64,000 nucleotides of DNA, taken from Polyangiales bacterium. GTDB lineage: Bacteria > Myxococcota_A > Polyangia > Polyangiales > Ga0077539. The stretch is from contig JBGARZ010000001.1 of NCBI GenBank assembly GCA_044229975.1, positions 864,001 to 928,000 of the forward strand, given 5' to 3'. The position numbers and the translations under genes were made by a program. Positions 22,814 to 33,770 of the stretch are shown here, piece by piece. The notes beneath the pieces were generated by a model. It worked only from the letters and a program-made list of their open reading frames with translations. It was not told where the DNA came from and made no database searches. Numbering within the stretch: position 1 is the first letter of the stretch; each line of letters begins with the position of its first letter.

Positions 22814-24171
22814 GAGCGGGTGATCCATCGGCCGGAGCGTGGTGCGGAGGAGCCAAGTGCCTGCTCGCCCCGAAGGTAGGTCGCGCGAACGACACCGCGG
22901 AGGGTCTGTCCCTCATAGGGCGTGAGCTTGTTGCGGTGGTGGGTGAAGGGCGCCTGCACCACGAAGGTCGCGTCGGGGTCGAACACCACGAGGTCGGCGT
23001 CCATGCCCTCGGCGATGGACCCTTTGCGGCTCGCGATACCGGCGTGCTTCGCGGGCGCGCGGCACATCCACTCCACCACGCGGTCGAGCGTGATGCCTCG
23101 CGAGTGCGCCTCGCTCCACACCGCCGACAGGCTGAACTGCAAGCCCGCGATGCCGCCCCAGGCGGCCATGAAGTCACCCGTGTCGATGCGCTTCAGGTCG
23201 GGCGTGCAGGGCGAGTGGTCGGAGACGACCATGGTGATGAGCCCGTCTTCGAGCGCCTTCCAGAGACGGTCGCGGTTGCCGCGGTCGCGGATGGGCGGCG
23301 CGCACTTGTACCAGGTGGCTCCATCGGGGACTTCCTCGGCCGTGAAGTGCAGGTAGTGCGGCGCGGTCTCGGCCGTCAACGGAACGCCCTCGTCCCTCGC
23401 TCGCGCCAGCGTCTCCAACGCGCCCGCCGACGAGAGGTGGACGATGTGCACGGGCGTGCCGACCTCCTTGCAGAGCCGGTAGAGCATCGCGACGGCTTCG
23501 TCTTCCGCCGAGGGCGGACGCGAGCGCAGCCATGTTGCATACGCGCGGCTGTCGGGAGGCGGCGACTCCAGTGCCATCGAGCGCGCGGCCTCGTCCAGCG
23601 GACCGGGCAGCTCGGCGTGAACCATGAAGACGGCGTCGGTCCCGTGGAGGCGGACGAGCGCGTTGCGGACGTCGTCGACGTCGATGCACGGAAACTCGTC
23701 GACGCCGGACGGCGCGAGGAAACACTTGAAGCCGAGAGCGCCCCGGCCGAGGAGCTCAGGGAGCACCGCGGTGTCGTGACGCGTGTTGTCGGGAATCGCC
23801 CCGCCCCACAGGCCGACGTCGACGGCGCAGCGGCCCTCCATGGTCTCGGCCTTGGTCATGAGCCCCGTCGTCGTGGTGACGGGCGGAAGGCTGTTGAGCG
23901 GCATGTCGACGAGCGTGGTGATGCCCCCGGCGGCGGCCGCGCGCGTGGCGCTCTCGAAGCCCTCCCACTCGGTGCGACCGGGCTCGTTGATGTGGACGTG
24001 CGTGTCGACCACGCCGGGCATGAGGACGTTCTCTCCGGCATCGACGACGAGGTCGCCGGGGTTGCAGTCGTCGTGGTCGGCGACGCGGACGATGCGGCCG
24101 TCGTGGACGTGGACGGTGGCGGGACGCGTTCCGGTCGGTGTGACCACGCGACGACTGCGGAAGACCTTCAC
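22810..24171 (-). CDS. allB: Allantoinase
   Basis: PGVVDTHVHINEPGRTEWEGF, DMPLNS, GFKCFL, HIVHLSS, KCAPPIR, SDHSPC. Confidence 0.95.
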   Translation of the reverse strand: MKVFRSRRVVTPTGTRPATVHVHDGRIVRVADHDDCNPGDLVVDAGENVLMPGVVDTHVHINEPGRTEWEGFESATRAAAAGGITTLVDMPLNSLPPVTTTTGLMTKAETMEGRCAVDVGLWGGAIPDNTRHDTAVLPELLGRGALGFKCFLAPSGVDEFPCIDVDDVRNALVRLHGTDAVFMVHAELPGPLDEAARSMALESPPPDSRAYATWLRSRPPSAEDEAVAMLYRLCKEVGTPVHIVHLSSAGALETLARARDEGVPLTAETAPHYLHFTAEEVPDGATWYKCAPPIRDRGNRDRLWKALEDGLITMVVSDHSPCTPDLKRIDTGDFMAAWGGIAGLQFSLSAVWSEAHSRGITLDRVVEWMCRAPAKHAGIASRKGSIAEGMDADLVVFDPDATFVVQAPFTHHRNKLTPYEGQTLRGVVRATYLRGEQALGSSAPRSGRWITRS

Positions 24172-24175
24172 GGGC

Positions 24176-25375
24176 TCACTGCTCCTTGGCGCCCTGGTCG
24201 ATCCAGGCGCCGATGCGGGCGCGCTCTGCGTCGGTGATCTGCGTGGCGTTGGCGAGCGGCATGTTGCGCAGCTCGACGACGCGCAGCTTGATGCGCTCGC
24301 GCCACTGATGGACCGCCGAGTAGCTGTCGAAGACGATGCCGTTGGGCGGCAGCGGGAAGGCCGAGTTGGTCGGGCGCCGCGAGTGACAGGGCACGCAGCG
24401 ACGCTGGACGATGGGCTCGATGTCGGCCCAGCTCTGCGGGCCGGTGGCGCTCGCGTGGGTCGCGCGGCGGAAGCCCGCGGGGTTGGAGAAGAGCACCAGC
24501 GTCGCCACGCACAGCGAGAAGAACACCAGCGTCGTCGGGAGGAACCAGTTCCGCCAGGTGAAGCGGATGTTCATGAAGTGGCGGATGAGGGCGCTGCCGA
24601 AGGCGAGCACCATCAACACCACCCAGTTGAGCGCGTGCCCGAAGGTGAGCGGGAAGTGGTTGCTGATCATGATGAACAGCAACGGGAAGGTCATGTAGTT
24701 GTTGTGAATCGAGCGCGCCTTGGCCTGATAGCCCTTGGCGAGGTTTTGCCGGCGGTGCTCGCGGGTGGCGTTCACGAGCTCGTGCTGCGACGGCACGATG
24801 ACGAACCAGACGTTGCCGGTCATCAGCGTGCCGAGCATCACGCCGACGTGCATGTACGCCGCCCGGCCCGACAGGAAGTGGAACAGCACTCCCGACAAGA
24901 ACATCACCCACGCGATGGACAGCACGAAGGACAGCGTCTGCTTCTTGCCGAGCGGTGAGCGCCAGAGGAGGTCGTAGCCGATCCATGAAGCGGCGATGGC
25001 GCCGAGGCCGACGAGCACCGCGCGGGTGCCGGTGAGGCGCGAGACCGCCGGGTCGAGCATGAGCGCGGCGCCGCCCATGTAGTAGACGAGGATGAGCAGC
25101 GAGATGCCCGAGATCCAGGTGACGCCGTTTTGCCACTTGAACCAGTGGAGCACCTTGGGGAGCGCGCCCGGCTCGGGGTTGAGCTTCTTCACCTGGTAGA
25201 AGCCGCCGCTGTGGATCATCCAGTTCTCGCCGACGAGTCCCTTCTCGGGGTCGTCGGGCATGACCAGGTTGCGGTCGAGCCAGTTGAAGAGCATCGAGTT
25301 GCCGATCCACATGATCCCCGCGATGAGGTGAACCCAACGCGCGATGAGGTGGAGCAGCTCGGTCAGGGACGACAT
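24176..25375 (-). CDS. puuD: Cytochrome c-type membrane urate hydroxylase
   Basis: RWVHLIAGIMWIG, WMIHSGGFY, LHWFKWQ, RSIHNNYMTFP, and a C-terminal CVPCH heme-c motif with a MPLAN axial Met. Confidence 0.9.
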   Translation of the reverse strand: MSSLTELLHLIARWVHLIAGIMWIGNSMLFNWLDRNLVMPDDPEKGLVGENWMIHSGGFYQVKKLNPEPGALPKVLHWFKWQNGVTWISGISLLILVYYMGGAALMLDPAVSRLTGTRAVLVGLGAIAASWIGYDLLWRSPLGKKQTLSFVLSIAWVMFLSGVLFHFLSGRAAYMHVGVMLGTLMTGNVWFVIVPSQHELVNATREHRRQNLAKGYQAKARSIHNNYMTFPLLFIMISNHFPLTFGHALNWVVLMVLAFGSALIRHFMNIRFTWRNWFLPTTLVFFSLCVATLVLFSNPAGFRRATHASATGPQSWADIEPIVQRRCVPCHSRRPTNSAFPLPPNGIVFDSYSAVHQWRERIKLRVVELRNMPLANATQITDAERARIGAWIDQGAKEQ

Positions 25376-25487
25376 GGCGCGCGATGATAGACAGCGCGCG
25401 CGGGTGATTGCCATCGCCACCCGCAGGGACATATCCCGTCACCTCGTCCTTGCGCGGAAAGGCGATGCGGCCGCATAGCCAATGGGC

Positions 25488-27866
25488 ATGCAGCTCATCA
25501 TCACCGAGAAGCCGTCCGTCGCCCGCGACCTCGCCCGCGCCATGGGTGTTCGTGGTGGTGGCCAGGGGTGCATCGAGGGCACCGACAAGGTCGTGGCGTG
25601 GTGCCTCGGCCACCTCGTCGAGCTCGAAGAGCCTGATGCGTACGACCCGTCGTGGAAGGCGTGGCGGCTCGCGTCACTCCCGATGCTGCCAGAGCCATTC
25701 AAGCTGCGGCCGGTGAAGAGCTCGATGTCGCAATGGAACGTGGTGCGTTCACTGCTGCGCGACCGCCGCTTCACCGAGGTGGTCAACGCGTGCGACGCCG
25801 GGCGCGAGGGCGAGCTCATCTTCCGGCTGTGCCACGAGCTCGCGGGCTCACGATTGCCGGTGCGACGGCTGTGGATATCATCGCTCACCGAGGCGGCCAT
25901 CCGCGAGGGCTTCGCGCGCTTGGAGCCATCGTCGAAGTACGACGCGCTGGGTGACGCCGCGCGGTCGCGCTCGGAGGCCGATTGGCTGGTCGGGCTCAAC
26001 GCGACGCGGGCGGTGACGGTGCGCGCGCGCAGCGCCGGGAGCGACGCGCTCTTCTCCGTGGGACGTGTGCAGACGCCGACGCTCGCGATGCTGGTGGCGC
26101 GCGATCAGGCGATCCGGGCGTTTGTTCCGAAGGACTACTGGGAGGTGACGGGGGAGTTTGCGACGGGGAGCGCGAAGTTCGTCGCGCGGTGGAGCGCGGA
26201 GGGTCAGCGACGACTGGCGAAGGCCGAGCTCGCGCAGACGCTCATCGAGCGATCGGCAGCCAAGGTGGACGCGCCCGATGGTCCGCGGGTGGAGTCGGTG
26301 GAGACGAAGAGGCAACGGGTGGCGCCGCCGATGCTCTTCGACCTGACGTCGTTGCAGCGGACGGCCAACGGTCGCTACGGGTTCTCGGCGCAACGAACGC
26401 TCGACCTCGCGCAGGCGCTCTACGAGAAGCACAAGGTGCTGACGTATCCGCGCACCGACTCGCGCCACCTGCCGCGCGCGATGCACACGACATTGCCGAC
26501 GACCGTGAAGGCGGTGGGCGAGCAGGGTGACTACGCGGCCTTCGCGGAGCGGCTGCTGGGTGGTGCGCTGGTGAAGCCATCGCGGGTCTTCGACGACGCG
26601 AAGGTGAGCGACCACCACGCGATCATCCCGACCGACCACCGCGGGTCGCTGACAGCGCTCTCGGGTGACGAGCGGCGTCTCTATGACCTCGTGGTGCGGA
26701 GGTTTCTGGGGGTGTTCTATCCCGACGCGGAGTTTGATCAGACGGTCGCGGTGGTGGTGGTGGGCGCGAGCGACGGAGCGAAGCGGACGACGACGAAGCG
26801 GGCGCCGAAGGTTGGCGATGAGGTCGAGGAGGGGATGCTGGAGGCGCTGCCGCCGCCGCCCGATCGCTACACGGCGCGCGGTCGCGTGCGCGTGGCGGCG
26901 GGGTGGCAGGAGGTCGCGGGCTTCGGCGACGAAGAGCCGTCGGAGAAGGGTGGCGACGAGTCGCAGTTGCTACCGGCGTTGAAGGAGGGCGAGGCGCTGC
27001 GCGGGCGCTACGCGCCGGAGAAGAAGCAGACGCAGGCGCCGCGTCGGTACAACGACGCGACGATGCTCGGGGCGATGGAGTCAGCGGGCAAGCAGGTCGA
27101 CGACGAGGCGCTGCGCGAGGCGCTGAAGGAGCGCGGCCTCGGGACACCCGCGACGCGCGCATCGATGATCGAGACGCTCATCAGCCGGGGGTACGCGGTG
27201 CGGGAGCAGAAGGCGCTGGTGTCGACGGCGCTGGGTGAGGCGCTCATCGGGGGGCTGCCGGTTCCGGCGCTGGCATCGGCGGAGCTGACGGGCGCGTGGG
27301 AAGAGCGGCTCACGAAGGTCGCGCGCGGAACGGAGCGGCGAGCGGACTTCATGCGGGACATCCGCGCGATGGTGAGCGACCTCGTGACGCGGGTCGCGGA
27401 CGCGCCGGGGATCGCGGTGGGCGGAGGCGAGCGACGCGCGGCACCGGCGAGGCCCACGGCCGCCGCCGTACCCGGAGCGAAGCGGAGGGGAGCGACGGAG
27501 CGGCCGCCCGGTGCGGTTCGGACGGAGGAGCGGAGGGACGACCGAAAGGCGGCGGGAGCGTCCCGTCGGGTAAGGCCGGAGACTGGCGGCGTAGCAGGGG
27601 CTCGGACGGATGGAGACCGGACGCTCGGAAGTCGGACAGGCGTGGTGTGCCCGGTGTGCAAGGTGGGCGAGCTGATCGTCGGGCGTCGCGCGTGGGGATG
27701 CTCGCGATGGAAGGAGGGCTGCCCGGGGGTGTTTGCGTTCGAGGGTGGACTGCCGGGAGCGACGCCCGCGGCGAAGACGAAACGGGGGCGAAAGACCGCG
27801 GGTGCGACGACCACCACGCGTCGGAGGAAGAAGGGCGACGGCCCCGCTACGCCCGTCGGCGGATGA
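25488..27866 (+). CDS. topB: DNA topoisomerase III (type IA)
   Basis: EKPSVA, DAGREGE, GRVQTPTL, TYPRTDS (catalytic Tyr), GLGTPATRA; C-terminal CPVC..C Zn-ribbon and basic tail. Confidence 0.92.
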   Translation: MQLIITEKPSVARDLARAMGVRGGGQGCIEGTDKVVAWCLGHLVELEEPDAYDPSWKAWRLASLPMLPEPFKLRPVKSSMSQWNVVRSLLRDRRFTEVVNACDAGREGELIFRLCHELAGSRLPVRRLWISSLTEAAIREGFARLEPSSKYDALGDAARSRSEADWLVGLNATRAVTVRARSAGSDALFSVGRVQTPTLAMLVARDQAIRAFVPKDYWEVTGEFATGSAKFVARWSAEGQRRLAKAELAQTLIERSAAKVDAPDGPRVESVETKRQRVAPPMLFDLTSLQRTANGRYGFSAQRTLDLAQALYEKHKVLTYPRTDSRHLPRAMHTTLPTTVKAVGEQGDYAAFAERLLGGALVKPSRVFDDAKVSDHHAIIPTDHRGSLTALSGDERRLYDLVVRRFLGVFYPDAEFDQTVAVVVVGASDGAKRTTTKRAPKVGDEVEEGMLEALPPPPDRYTARGRVRVAAGWQEVAGFGDEEPSEKGGDESQLLPALKEGEALRGRYAPEKKQTQAPRRYNDATMLGAMESAGKQVDDEALREALKERGLGTPATRASMIETLISRGYAVREQKALVSTALGEALIGGLPVPALASAELTGAWEERLTKVARGTERRADFMRDIRAMVSDLVTRVADAPGIAVGGGERRAAPARPTAAAVPGAKRRGATERPPGAVRTEERRDDRKAAGASRRVRPETGGVAGARTDGDRTLGSRTGVVCPVCKVGELIVGRRAWGCSRWKEGCPGVFAFEGGLPGATPAAKTKRGRKTAGATTTTRRRKKGDGPATPVGG

Positions 27867-28707
27867 GCCCTTCCTGCGCGCAGCTCGCGACGAGCCGCCC
27901 CGCCCGATCGAAGAACCTCCCCCGCACCAGTCCCCTCGCCCCCGACGCCGACGGGCTGTCCACCGCGTACAACAGCCAATCGTCAAAGCGAAACGGCCGA
28001 TGGAACCACATCGCGTGGTCGAGCGACGCCACCTGCATCCCCGGCGTCAGCCAGCTCACCGCGTGCGGGTCGAGCGCCGTCCCCAGGAACGAAAAGTCCG
28101 ACGCATACGCCAACATGTAACGGTGCAACGCCGCGTCGTCGGGCAGCGCGTCCATCGCCCGCACCCACAGGTGCCGCCGCGGCTCGTTGACCTTCGGCCG
28201 CAGCGGGTTGCGCGGCTCCACCGGGCGAATCTCGATGGGCCGCTCGGCCGTCGCGATGGCACGAAACGCCGACGGCAGCCGGTCCGCCAGGGCCAACGCG
28301 AGGTCGCGCTCCGACTTGAGCTCCTCCGGGGGCGGCACCTCCGGCAGCGCGTCCTGGTGCTCCATCCCCTCTTCGTCGACTTGAAACGACGCCGCGAGCG
28401 TGAAGATGGCCTCGCCCTCCTGCACCGCGACCACGCGCCGCGTGGTGAAGCTCTTGCCGTCGCGCAGCCGGTCGACGTTGTAGAGGATCGGTCGGTTGAG
28501 ATCGCCCGCGCGCAGGAAGTAGCCGTGCAGCGAGTGCACCGGCCGATCGCTCGACACGGTCTGCACCGCGGCGGAGAGCGCCTGCCCCATCACCTGGCCG
28601 CCGAAGATGGCGCCCCAGCCGAGGTCCTGGCTGCGGCCGCGGAAGACGTCGCGGTCGAGGCGTTCGAGCGCGAGGAGGTCGAGGAGGTCGGACAGCAGGC
28701 GTTGCAT
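27847..28707 (-). CDS. tesB: Acyl-CoA thioesterase II
   Basis: IFGGQVMGQAL, HSLHGYFLRAG, RDGKSFTTRRV, ASLDHAMWFHRP, QEGLIR. Confidence 0.95.
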   Translation of the reverse strand: MQRLLSDLLDLLALERLDRDVFRGRSQDLGWGAIFGGQVMGQALSAAVQTVSSDRPVHSLHGYFLRAGDLNRPILYNVDRLRDGKSFTTRRVVAVQEGEAIFTLAASFQVDEEGMEHQDALPEVPPPEELKSERDLALALADRLPSAFRAIATAERPIEIRPVEPRNPLRPKVNEPRRHLWVRAMDALPDDAALHRYMLAYASDFSFLGTALDPHAVSWLTPGMQVASLDHAMWFHRPFRFDDWLLYAVDSPSASGARGLVRGRFFDRAGRLVASCAQEGLIRRRA

Positions 28708-28807
28708 GGCGGCGTCTTCCTGGCGGGGCGTTGAGTACGGTGGGCGGTATTGAGTCGACCGCCGCGACCGCGTCAAGGGCCTCGCGCGCCGCGCTACCAT
28801 CGACGCC

Positions 28808-29755
28808 TTGAGCGCCGAGACCAATGGCTGGAAGCAGCACGCCCACGTGGCGCTCGGCCTCATCGGGCTGGGCGTCACGCTCGCGATGCTCCGCCACATC
28901 GAGCTCGACGACCTGCGCGCGTCTGGTCGGTGGGCCGTCTTCGCGATCGCCATCGAGGGGACGCGCGTGCTCGCCGAGACCGCCGCCACGCGTGCGCTGC
29001 TGGGTCGCACTGCGGGTGTTCCGTGGCCGGTGCTACTGCGCGCTCACCTCGTCGGGTACGCCTTCGCGATGACGATGCCCGCGGGTCGCACCGTCGCCGA
29101 AGCCGCCAAGGCCGCCCTCCTCGCACCGTGGCTGGGGACCGCGCGCAGCGTCGGCATCGCCGCCACCAACCAGGCCCTCGTGATGCTCTCGACGGGCCTC
29201 CTCGCCCTCGTCTGCGCGCTCGCCGCGCACCTCCAGCACCACCCTGCGCTCGCGGTCACGGTGACCCTCCAGGCCGCGACGCTCGTCGCCCTCGGCGGCG
29301 GACTGCTCGCCATCGTGCGGAGCCGCTCCCTCGCGTCGTGGGCGCGGCGGCGCCTCCCGCGCTTCGCCGACGTCGCGACCGAGACCGACGGCGGCGCGAG
29401 CGCTCGCGGCGTGGCGGCAGCGCTCGGGTGCTTCGTGTTTCATCGCGGTGTGCAGGCGCTCCAGCTCGGGGCGCTGCTCCATGCGCTCGGTCGCGGTGGG
29501 GTGGGCCGCACGCTGGCGCTCACCGGCGCGTCCATCGTGGGCACCTCCGTCGGCGTCGCTGTCCCGGGCCAGCTGGGCGCTATCGATGGGGCGATGGCGC
29601 TCGCGGCACGTGGCCTCGCGCTGGCTCCGTCACAGGCGGTTGCGATGGCGCTCGTGCTTCATGCGGCGCAGTTTTCCTGGGTCGCTGCGGGGTTTGCCCT
29701 GTGGGCTTTCACCCGCGGGTCGAAGCCCTTCCCGAAGCGCCCATCGCCCTTCTGA
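28808..29755 (+). CDS. Lysylphosphatidylglycerol-synthase TM domain / UPF0104 flippase-like membrane protein
   Basis: About 7-8 TM helices; MPAGRTVAEAAKA and VPGQLGAIDGA motifs. Confidence 0.65.
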   Translation: MSAETNGWKQHAHVALGLIGLGVTLAMLRHIELDDLRASGRWAVFAIAIEGTRVLAETAATRALLGRTAGVPWPVLLRAHLVGYAFAMTMPAGRTVAEAAKAALLAPWLGTARSVGIAATNQALVMLSTGLLALVCALAAHLQHHPALAVTVTLQAATLVALGGGLLAIVRSRSLASWARRRLPRFADVATETDGGASARGVAAALGCFVFHRGVQALQLGALLHALGRGGVGRTLALTGASIVGTSVGVAVPGQLGAIDGAMALAARGLALAPSQAVAMALVLHAAQFSWVAAGFALWAFTRGSKPFPKRPSPF

Positions 29756-29777
29756 AACGTGTATCTTGGCGGGCTCG

Positions 29778-31835
29778 ATGGCCAAGCAGATCGACGACGT
29801 GGGCCACCTCGACGACGTCCGCCGGGCCGAGGTGCTGAGCACCGTCGCGGCGCGTATCGCCGAGCGCCTGGAGGTCCCCGAAATCGCGCGCGTGCTGTGC
29901 ACCGAAGCGCGAGCCGCGTTCGGCGACCACGTTCGCGTGACGCTCTTGTTGAGCGAGCCCGACGAGAGCGCCTTCGTCGTCGCCCACTCCGAAGGAACGC
30001 CCGTCGGCAGCGGCGCCCTCCCCGTGCGCTACGACCCGCCGACCGTCCCGCTCAACGAGCTGCGCCGCGAGGGTCGCGTGACCTACCTCCCCGACGTCGC
30101 GCTCGCCGAGCCCGGTCTCGCCGCAAGCGCCGGGCGCACGGGCGTCCGTGGCCTTGCGTTTGTGTACCTCTTCAACGCGCACTCGGTGGTCGGCGCGCTG
30201 TCGCTCACGACCTTCGACCGGCCGCTGGCGCTCGACCGGGCTGACCTCTTCCTGCTGCGCGGGATGGCCGACCAGGGCGCGAGCGCCATCACCAACGCGC
30301 GCGTGCTCACCGAGAGTCGGCTGACGGCGCAGCGCTACCACAACATCCTCGAGACGGTCTTCGACGGCATCAACATCACCGGCTTCGACGGCGTCATCCG
30401 CTACTGCAACTCGCAGTTCGCGACGATGCTCGGCGCCACGCCCGAGGAGGTGGTCGGCAAGGCCCTGCCCGACCTGCTCTTTCCCGAAGACCTCGCGTCC
30501 GCGCACGACCGCATCCGTCAGCGTCGCGCGGGGCACACCGCGCCGATGGTCTGGCGCCTGCGCGCGCTCAACGACGGGCACGAGGTGTTTGTCCGCGCCA
30601 ACAGCCGCGAGCTGAAGGACGCGTCGGGCCAGCCCAGCGGCATGCTCGGGGTCATCAGCGACGTCACCAACTCCCGCCGACTGGAGGAGAGGCTCCTCCA
30701 ATCGCAGAAGCTGGAGAGCCTCGGCGTGCTCGCGGGCGGCATCGCGCACGACTTCAACAACCTCCTGGTGGGCGCCCTGGGCAACGCGGGCCTCGCCCTC
30801 ATGGAGCTGCCGCCGGAGAGCCCCGTGCGGCCGCTCATCGAGGAGATCCAGAAGGCCACCGTGCGCGCCGCCGACCTCACGCGCCAGCTCCTCTCGTACT
30901 CCGGCAAGGGGCGCTTCGTGCTCGCGCACCTCGACCTCGCGCGCGTCGTCCAGGACATGTCCCACCTGCTGGGCGCGGTGCTCTCGGAGCGGGTGGTGAT
31001 CCGCTACGACCTCAACGAATCCCTCCCCTCGGTGGAGGCCGACGCCGCGCAGATTCGCCAGGTGCTCATGAACCTCGTGACCAACGCCTCGGACGCCATC
31101 GGCGACCGTCAGGGCGTCATCACGGTGAGCACCGGCGTGGTGCACGCCGACGCGACGTATCTCGCCGACACCTTCGTCGACGACGGCCTCGCCCCGGGGC
31201 GCTTCGTCAGCCTCGTGGTGTCCGACACCGGCGTCGGCATGACCCCGGAGACCGTCACCAAGATCTTCGATCCGTTCTACACGACGAAGTTTGTCGGGCG
31301 GGGCCTCGGGCTCGCGGCGGTGCTGGGCATCCTGCGCGGGCACCACGGGGCCATCAAGGTGGCGAGCGAGCCCTCCCGCGGGACGACCTTCACCGTGCTG
31401 CTCCCGGCCCTCGTCGACGCCGTCGCGGCTCCGGCCGCCGTCGTGGCGGCGGCGCACGGGTGGGCGCACGGGGTCGTGCTGGTGGTCGACGACGAGGAGG
31501 GCGTTCGCAACGTGGCGCGGCGCATCTTCGAGCGCGAGGGCTTCGCGGTGCTGGTGGCCAAGGACGGCGTGGAGGGCGTGGAGTTGTTTCGCGAGCACCA
31601 CGCCGAGGTGTGCGCGGTGCTCCTCGACGTGACCATGCCGCGCATGGGCGGCGAGGCGGCCTTCGCCGAGATGCGTCGCATCCGCGACGACGTGCGGGTG
31701 CTGCTCACCAGCGGGTACTCCGAGCAGGAGGCGACGGCGCGCTTCGCGGGTCACGGCCTGGCGGGCTTCGTGGAGAAGCCCTTCCTCCCGCAGTCGCTGG
31801 TGGAGAAGCTACGGAGCGTGCTCGACGGCAGGTAG
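29778..31835 (+). CDS. Hybrid GAF-PAS histidine kinase / receiver
   Basis: AGGIAHDFNNLL, NLVTNASDA, DPFYTTKFVGRGLGL; receiver VVDDE...LLDVTMP...KPF. Confidence 0.92.
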   Translation: MAKQIDDVGHLDDVRRAEVLSTVAARIAERLEVPEIARVLCTEARAAFGDHVRVTLLLSEPDESAFVVAHSEGTPVGSGALPVRYDPPTVPLNELRREGRVTYLPDVALAEPGLAASAGRTGVRGLAFVYLFNAHSVVGALSLTTFDRPLALDRADLFLLRGMADQGASAITNARVLTESRLTAQRYHNILETVFDGINITGFDGVIRYCNSQFATMLGATPEEVVGKALPDLLFPEDLASAHDRIRQRRAGHTAPMVWRLRALNDGHEVFVRANSRELKDASGQPSGMLGVISDVTNSRRLEERLLQSQKLESLGVLAGGIAHDFNNLLVGALGNAGLALMELPPESPVRPLIEEIQKATVRAADLTRQLLSYSGKGRFVLAHLDLARVVQDMSHLLGAVLSERVVIRYDLNESLPSVEADAAQIRQVLMNLVTNASDAIGDRQGVITVSTGVVHADATYLADTFVDDGLAPGRFVSLVVSDTGVGMTPETVTKIFDPFYTTKFVGRGLGLAAVLGILRGHHGAIKVASEPSRGTTFTVLLPALVDAVAAPAAVVAAAHGWAHGVVLVVDDEEGVRNVARRIFEREGFAVLVAKDGVEGVELFREHHAEVCAVLLDVTMPRMGGEAAFAEMRRIRDDVRVLLTSGYSEQEATARFAGHGLAGFVEKPFLPQSLVEKLRSVLDGR

Positions 31836-33044
31836 CGGCGGGCGCGCGAAGAGCCGCACCGCGAGCGCGAGGCCCACCGCGTGGAAGCACGCCGCGAGGA
31901 AGAACGGCGCGCCCGGGACGTGCGGGCGCGCGGTGGCGGGGCCGAAGGTGGCGTAGAGCCCCGTGCCGATGAGCGGCGCGACGACGGCCGTGAGGCTCTG
32001 GATACTGGTGAGGGCGCCCTGCACCTCGCCCTGCTCGGCGGGCCCCACGGCGCGCGAGACCAGCGCCTGGAGCGACGGGTTGGCGAGGCCGCCGAGCGCG
32101 AAGGGGACGACGATCGCGTACATCATCCAGCCGCGGGTCGCGAGGCCGAAGGCGACGAAGCCGAGGACGTTGACGGCGAGCCCGAGGACGAGCGCGCGGC
32201 GCTCACCGAGGCGCGGGACGAGCACGCGGATGAGGCCGCCCTGCACGATGGCGCTCGACAGGCCGACGGCGGCGAGCGAGGTCCCGACGTCGACCTCGCG
32301 CCACCCGAAGCGGCCTTCGCCCGCGATGGCCCACACGCTCTGGAGGATCTGCTGGGCGAGGCAGGAGCAGGCGAAGGTTCCGGCGAAGCCGAGGACGACG
32401 GGGTGTCGTCGGAGCGTGGCGACGAGGTCGAGGGAGCTCGACCGCCGGAGCGAGAAGGGGCGGCGGTGCTCCGGGCGCAGCGACTCGGGGAGCACGAAGA
32501 AGCCGTAGAGGAAGTTGGTGAGGTTGAGGCCCGCGGCGACGAGAAACGGGAGCCGAAGGTGGATGCCGCCGAGCAGGCCGCCGAGGGCGGGGCCGATGAT
32601 GAAGCCGAGGCCGAAGACGGCGCCCATGAGACCGAAGCTCTTGGCGCGCTCGTCGGGCTCGGTGACGTCGGCGATGTACGCGGTGGCGGTGGAGAAGCTC
32701 GCGCCCGTGATGCCCGAGATGACGCGCCCGACGAGGAGCCACCCGAGGCCCGGAGCGACGGAGAGGAGGAGGTAGTCGAGGGCGGATCCGAGGACGGAGC
32801 CGAGGAGCACCGGGCGGCGGCCGAAGCGGTCGCTGAGCCCGCCGAGCACCGGCGCGAAGACGAATTGCATCAGCGCGTACACGGCCACGAAGAAGCCGTA
32901 GTAGCGGGAGGTGGTCGACGGGTCGTGGTGCACGAAGCTGCGCACGAGGCTCGGAAGCACCGGGATGACCACGCCCACCCCGAGGGTCGACAGCATCAGT
33001 GTGACGAGGATGAACGCGATGCCGGCGGTGCGTGGTCGGGTCAT
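31809..33044 (-). CDS. TCR/Tet-family (DHA1) MFS transporter
   Basis: [14 protein letters not shown] motif [21 protein letters not shown] motif C; about 12 TM helices. Confidence 0.9.
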   Translation of the reverse strand: MTRPRTAGIAFILVTLMLSTLGVGVVIPVLPSLVRSFVHHDPSTTSRYYGFFVAVYALMQFVFAPVLGGLSDRFGRRPVLLGSVLGSALDYLLLSVAPGLGWLLVGRVISGITGASFSTATAYIADVTEPDERAKSFGLMGAVFGLGFIIGPALGGLLGGIHLRLPFLVAAGLNLTNFLYGFFVLPESLRPEHRRPFSLRRSSSLDLVATLRRHPVVLGFAGTFACSCLAQQILQSVWAIAGEGRFGWREVDVGTSLAAVGLSSAIVQGGLIRVLVPRLGERRALVLGLAVNVLGFVAFGLATRGWMMYAIVVPFALGGLANPSLQALVSRAVGPAEQGEVQGALTSIQSLTAVVAPLIGTGLYATFGPATARPHVPGAPFFLAACFHAVGLALAVRLFARPPLPAVEHAP

Positions 33045-33147
33045 TGGGTCAGTCGGCTCGCGGGAGCTCGCACGACGGAGGCGCACTCATCGACCAAGTG
33101 ACGCGGACTGTCCAGCGGCCGCGCGCGGGTATATCCCGTCAGACCCG

Positions 33148-33765
33148 ATGACCACCGACGACCTCCGACGCTTCGCTCCGGCTACCCAGCGCAACCGAGA
33201 CCCGATCCTGGCGGTGCTCCGTCGGGTGCTCCCGGCGACGGGCACGGTGCTGGAGGTGGCGAGCGGCAGCGGCGAGCACGCGGTGTACTTCGCGGCGCAG
33301 CTCCCTGCGCTCACCTGGCAGCCCTCGGACGCAGACGCGACGGCGCGCGCGAGCATCGCGGCGTGGGCCGCCAAGGAGGCGCTCGGCAACGTGCTGCCGC
33401 CGGTGGCGCTCGACGCGTCGGCGGAGGAGTGGCCCGTGACCAGCGTCGACGCGGTGCTCTGCTGCAACATGGTTCACATCTCGCCATGGTCGTCGTGCGA
33501 GGGCTTGATGCGGGGCGCCGGACGGGTGCTGACAGCGGGCGGGGTGCTGGTGATGTACGGACCGTTCAAGGTCGGCGGCGAGCACACGGCGCCGAGCAAC
33601 GCGGCCTTCGACGCCGACCTGCGACGGCGCGACGCGCGGTGGGGAGTGCGTGACCTGGAGGCGGTGGTGGACGAAGCGCGGGGGCGCGGGTTCGATCACG
33701 TCGAGACGGTGTCGATGCCGGCCAACAACCTGACGGTGGTATTCCGGCGGCGCGCGGAGGGATAG
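33148..33765 (+). CDS. DUF938 family SAM-dependent methyltransferase
   Basis: APATQRNRDPIL, LEVASGSGEH, WQPSD, NMVHISPW, YGPF, SNAAFD, MPANN. Confidence 0.9.
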   Translation: MTTDDLRRFAPATQRNRDPILAVLRRVLPATGTVLEVASGSGEHAVYFAAQLPALTWQPSDADATARASIAAWAAKEALGNVLPPVALDASAEEWPVTSVDAVLCCNMVHISPWSSCEGLMRGAGRVLTAGGVLVMYGPFKVGGEHTAPSNAAFDADLRRRDARWGVRDLEAVVDEARGRGFDHVETVSMPANNLTVVFRRRAEG

Positions 33766-33770
33766 GTGGG

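Noticed and set aside
25488..27866. topB as a marker of an ICE or plasmid
   Set aside because: No integrase, relaxase, tra genes or att-like repeats; the flanks are housekeeping genes.
31809..33044. Acquired tetA resistance gene
   Set aside because: Host-like composition, no tetR and no mobile context; only a family-level call is supportable.
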